Source: Candidatus Hydrogenedentota bacterium (GTDB lineage Bacteria > Hydrogenedentota > Hydrogenedentia > Hydrogenedentales > SLHB01). Taken from it: DNA of 20,397 bases. The stretch lies in contig JAWXCN010000274.1 in NCBI GenBank assembly GCA_034408725.1, positions 1 to 20,397 of the forward strand, given 5' to 3'. A program made the translations under genes and the position numbers. A model generated the notes under the pieces. It did no database searches. It saw only the letters and a program-made list of their open reading frames with translations, and was not told the origin of the DNA. Positions 18,176 to 20,397 of the stretch are shown here, piece after piece; within the stretch, counting starts at the first letter, position 1; every line of letters begins with the position of its first letter.

Positions 18176-18817
18176 TTATCCTCTTGAGAATCCCATGCGC
18201 GCCAAACTTGCCTGCAATTTCTTACGCGCGTGATGCAATCGGCTCATGACCGTGCCGAGATTGCAATTCATTACGTCCGCCATTTCCTCATACGTCAACC
18301 CCTCGAACTCGCGCAACACGAAAGCCGTGCGATGTTTGACGGGCAAAGCCTCGAGCGCCTTCGTGATGGCGTCGCCCAGCTCGCTCGCCTCGACTGAGGT
18401 GTCCGGGCCGAGGAATCCGCTGGGGGCGTCGTGCGATTCAATTGTGTCATCGAAAGGGACTGCATCGAGCCGCCGCTTCTTCAAAAAGTCTTTGCACTGG
18501 TTCGCAGTGATCCGCATGAGCCAGGTTTTGAAGCTCGACTCGCCCCGGAACCGCGCAAGCGACCGGTGCGCCTTGATGAAAACCTCCTGCGATATGTCCC
18601 ATGCTTCCTCCCGGTTGCGCAGGAAATGATACGCCAACCCATAAACGTCGTTCCGGTACCGGCGCACCAAAGCCTCGAACGCCGCGAAATCGCCGGCGCG
18701 CGCCGCATCCACCAGACGAGCATCGGCGTCGTCAAGGTCTTGTCCCTTAACCACTTCCATCGTTGATGTGCCGGTAAAATCCTCGTACAACAGGGAAAAG
18801 TCCAAAGCGGCGCTCAT
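18176..18817 (-). CDS. ECF RNA polymerase sigma-70 factor (RpoE/SigW-like)
   Basis: Region 2: GDFAAFEALVRRY...AWDISQEVFIKA...FRGESSFKTWLMRI. Region 4: LREFEGLTYEEMADVMNCNLGTVMSRLHHAR. GAGGAG RBS at 18827-18832. Confidence 0.95.
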   Translation of the reverse strand: MSAALDFSLLYEDFTGTSTMEVVKGQDLDDADARLVDAARAGDFAAFEALVRRYRNDVYGLAYHFLRNREEAWDISQEVFIKAHRSLARFRGESSFKTWLMRITANQCKDFLKKRRLDAVPFDDTIESHDAPSGFLGPDTSVEASELGDAITKALEALPVKHRTAFVLREFEGLTYEEMADVMNCNLGTVMSRLHHARKKLQASLARMGFSRG

Positions 18818-18844
18818 GGAGTCAAACTCCTCAATGCTCGCGTA

Positions 18845-18872
18845 TTAGACGCTGTGGCAAGGGTTCTGTTCA
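18845..18872 (-). promoter_or_regulatory. Putative ECF-dependent (autoregulatory) promoter
   Basis: Minus strand TGAAC-N16-CGTCTAA, 27 nt upstream of the sigma ATG; fits the general ECF AAC/CGT pattern. Confidence 0.65.
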
Positions 18873-19104
18873 ATCTAATTCACGGTTTAGCATAAATCGC
18901 ATAAACAGGCAAGGAACGTTGCGGAGCAGACGACACTTTTCTCGAATACGCGAGAGAAGGATTATCGAATTGACAGAGCTGGCGCGCAATATCCGTTGGA
19001 GAAATAGCACGCCGCAGGTGACTGATTCGTAAGAAGGAGTAAATAGGGAAAAGCGACTACGGATTAATTGTTCTTCTGACAACGGTTACTTTATCCTTTT
19101 GCAA

Positions 19105-19305
19105 AGCAGCGTCGCCCTCATCGTCGTACCGGATTTTCCCCACCACGTCACGTAGCGTGGAAATTGTCGAGCGGACATATTTCACCCGGATGAAGAGCCG
19201 CGCCTACCTCGGTTCCTTCGCCAATATTGTCAGAGTGACGTCTTTGCCATGTGGGCCTATCGCCTCATGGTCAAGCATGTGCATTTCATCATTTTTCCAA
19301 AGCGC
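19105..19305 (+). pseudogene. Decayed remnant of a REP-associated tyrosine (HUH/Y1) transposase
   Basis: Translates as SSVALIVVPDFPHHVT*RGNCRADIFHPDEE...RFLRQYCQSDVFAMWAYRLMVKHVHFII, collinear with the copy at 20128. It has an in-frame TAG at 19153-19155 and no ATG at the position matching the 20128 start. Confidence 0.8.
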
Positions 19306-19467
19306 GGTTACAAGTTCTCAACGCCCAGCAAAAGTGGAAGTCGCACAAAATCAACTTGAATGGTAGTCTGTCCCGGAATCGTTTTTTAGGCCAGATCTTA
19401 TGCCCATCGACGAGAAATGGGGCCAAGTGCCCGATATAGCTGTGAGCCTGACAAGAAGAAGAACTTA

Positions 19468-20052
19468 ATGATGGTTCCAATTGCAATACGAAACTTACTT
19501 GGTAGGTGGTGGCTGTTCGCACTAAGCACCAGCCTCCTACTTGGATCACTATTATACTTCTTGGCGCCGTACGGATGGCTTACCGTCTCGGATTATCGTG
19601 CTACCCAAACCGTTTACGCTCCCGGCTTCTCCGAGGCGGCATTTCAATCCATTAAGAAAGGTGACAGTGTATCCCTAGTTCAACAATCGTTAGGAAAACC
19701 GCTTCAAACGCTTGCTAGCAGAAAACCGGAAGTAGTTTTTCATTTCCACGAAGCCCGAATCGAGGCGATATATGAAAAGGAGACCGACAGCATTGTTCGT
19801 GTTTTCGATCCCAATCAATACCTTACCGAAGAAAAGAAGAAGGAGATAAAGACCGTTGATGATCTGCTCCGCATAATGGGCAAGTATGACTCAATAACAT
19901 TCACGCCTACATACTCAGGCGATCCCCAAAAAGTCGCTTGGAAATACTCGCAACCCGCAGCTGGATTTTACAATTACTATGACCGAGTGGTGCTGATCGA
20001 TACGACAACTCAATCTGTCGCCGGCACTCATGCTCTTTGGTTTCGTAGGTAA
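19468..20052 (+). CDS. Membrane-anchored hypothetical protein with BamE/SmpA-like motif
   Basis: N-terminal TM (WWLFALSTSLLLGSLLYFLA), F..IKKGDS...V...LGKP and WKYS motifs. Two hand-counted 60-mers are 38% and 42% GC. Start is ATG 19468/19471 or 19417. Confidence 0.7.
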   Translation: MMVPIAIRNLLGRWWLFALSTSLLLGSLLYFLAPYGWLTVSDYRATQTVYAPGFSEAAFQSIKKGDSVSLVQQSLGKPLQTLASRKPEVVFHFHEARIEAIYEKETDSIVRVFDPNQYLTEEKKKEIKTVDDLLRIMGKYDSITFTPTYSGDPQKVAWKYSQPAAGFYNYYDRVVLIDTTTQSVAGTHALWFRR

Positions 20053-20127
20053 ACCAGCTGTATCGCCATTTATTCTAAAAAGCTCTGATTTCCGCAACCG
20101 CATGAAATTCTCGGTATCATTTTTCTC

Positions 20128-20397
20128 ATGAGCCGTGTCGCACGCATCGTCGTACCGGGGTTTGCCCATCACGTCACGCAACGGGGGAATCGTCGCGCGG
20201 ACGTGTTCTACTCCGACGATGACCGCCGCGCGTATCTCCGCTTCCTCCGCCAGTACGCCGAACGCCGCGGCCTAGCGATATGGCCTATTGCCTGATGGCG
20301 AATCACGTCCACCTCGTCGCCGTGCCCCAGCGCGAAGACTCGCTCGCCAAAGCTCTGCGCGACGCGCATACCGTTTACGCCATGCGATTCAACACCA
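20128..20397 (+). mobile_element. REP-associated tyrosine transposase (RAYT, Y1_Tnp/IS200-like), frameshifted, runs off the window
   Basis: MSRVARIVVPGFAHHVTQRGNRRADVFYSDDDRRAYLRFLRQYAERRGLAIW, then in the -1 frame AYCLMANHVHLVAVPQREDSLAKALRDAHTVYAMRFNT (HUH motif NHVH). The original frame stops at TGA 20293-20295. Confidence 0.9.

Noticed and set aside
18936..18959. Hairpin CTTTTCTCG-AATACG-CGAGAGAAG
   Set aside because: No U-tract follows on either strand, no gene ends nearby, and it is single-copy, so no function can be supported.
18980..18998. TGGCGC as a sigma54 -24 element
   Set aside because: No TTGC at the -12 position.
18870..19549. Short ORFs 18870-19082, 19157-19366, 19251-19439 and 19289-19549
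   Set aside because: No motifs or clear RBS; the region is better explained as promoter DNA plus the transposase remnant.
1..20397. CRISPR array, tRNA or rRNA
   Set aside because: No regularly spaced direct repeats or RNA-gene signatures were seen, and the intergenic gaps are short.

Overview
GC-rich bacterial chromosomal window (sampled core lines about 60% GC), almost entirely on the minus strand. Reading right to left: an ECF sigma factor / membrane anti-sigma / exported protein trio with a likely autoregulated promoter; a GNAT acetyltransferase; a TPR-LysM-L,D-transpeptidase, AIM24 and DUF1318-like lipoprotein cluster; pyrD-pyrE; a PHP hydrolase / family 4 glycoside hydrolase / exported HEAT-repeat protein / acylphosphatase cluster; a plus-strand alpha/beta hydrolase; and the first part of a complex I operon (nuoA, B, fused CD, E, F, G). 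nuoG runs off the left edge and is missing from the ORF track. The right end (about 19.0-20.4 kb) is accessory: a lower-GC membrane-anchored BamE/SmpA-like gene lies between a decayed remnant of a REP-associated tyrosine (HUH/Y1) transposase and a second, frameshifted copy; neither copy is in the ORF track. The most notable items are this transposase-bracketed cassette, the divergent catalytic motifs in the PHP/GH4 pair, a Rex/CRP-type palindrome upstream of nuoA, and several leaderless-type promoters. No rRNA, tRNA or CRISPR array was seen. All family assignments come from motif recognition by eye, not database searches.
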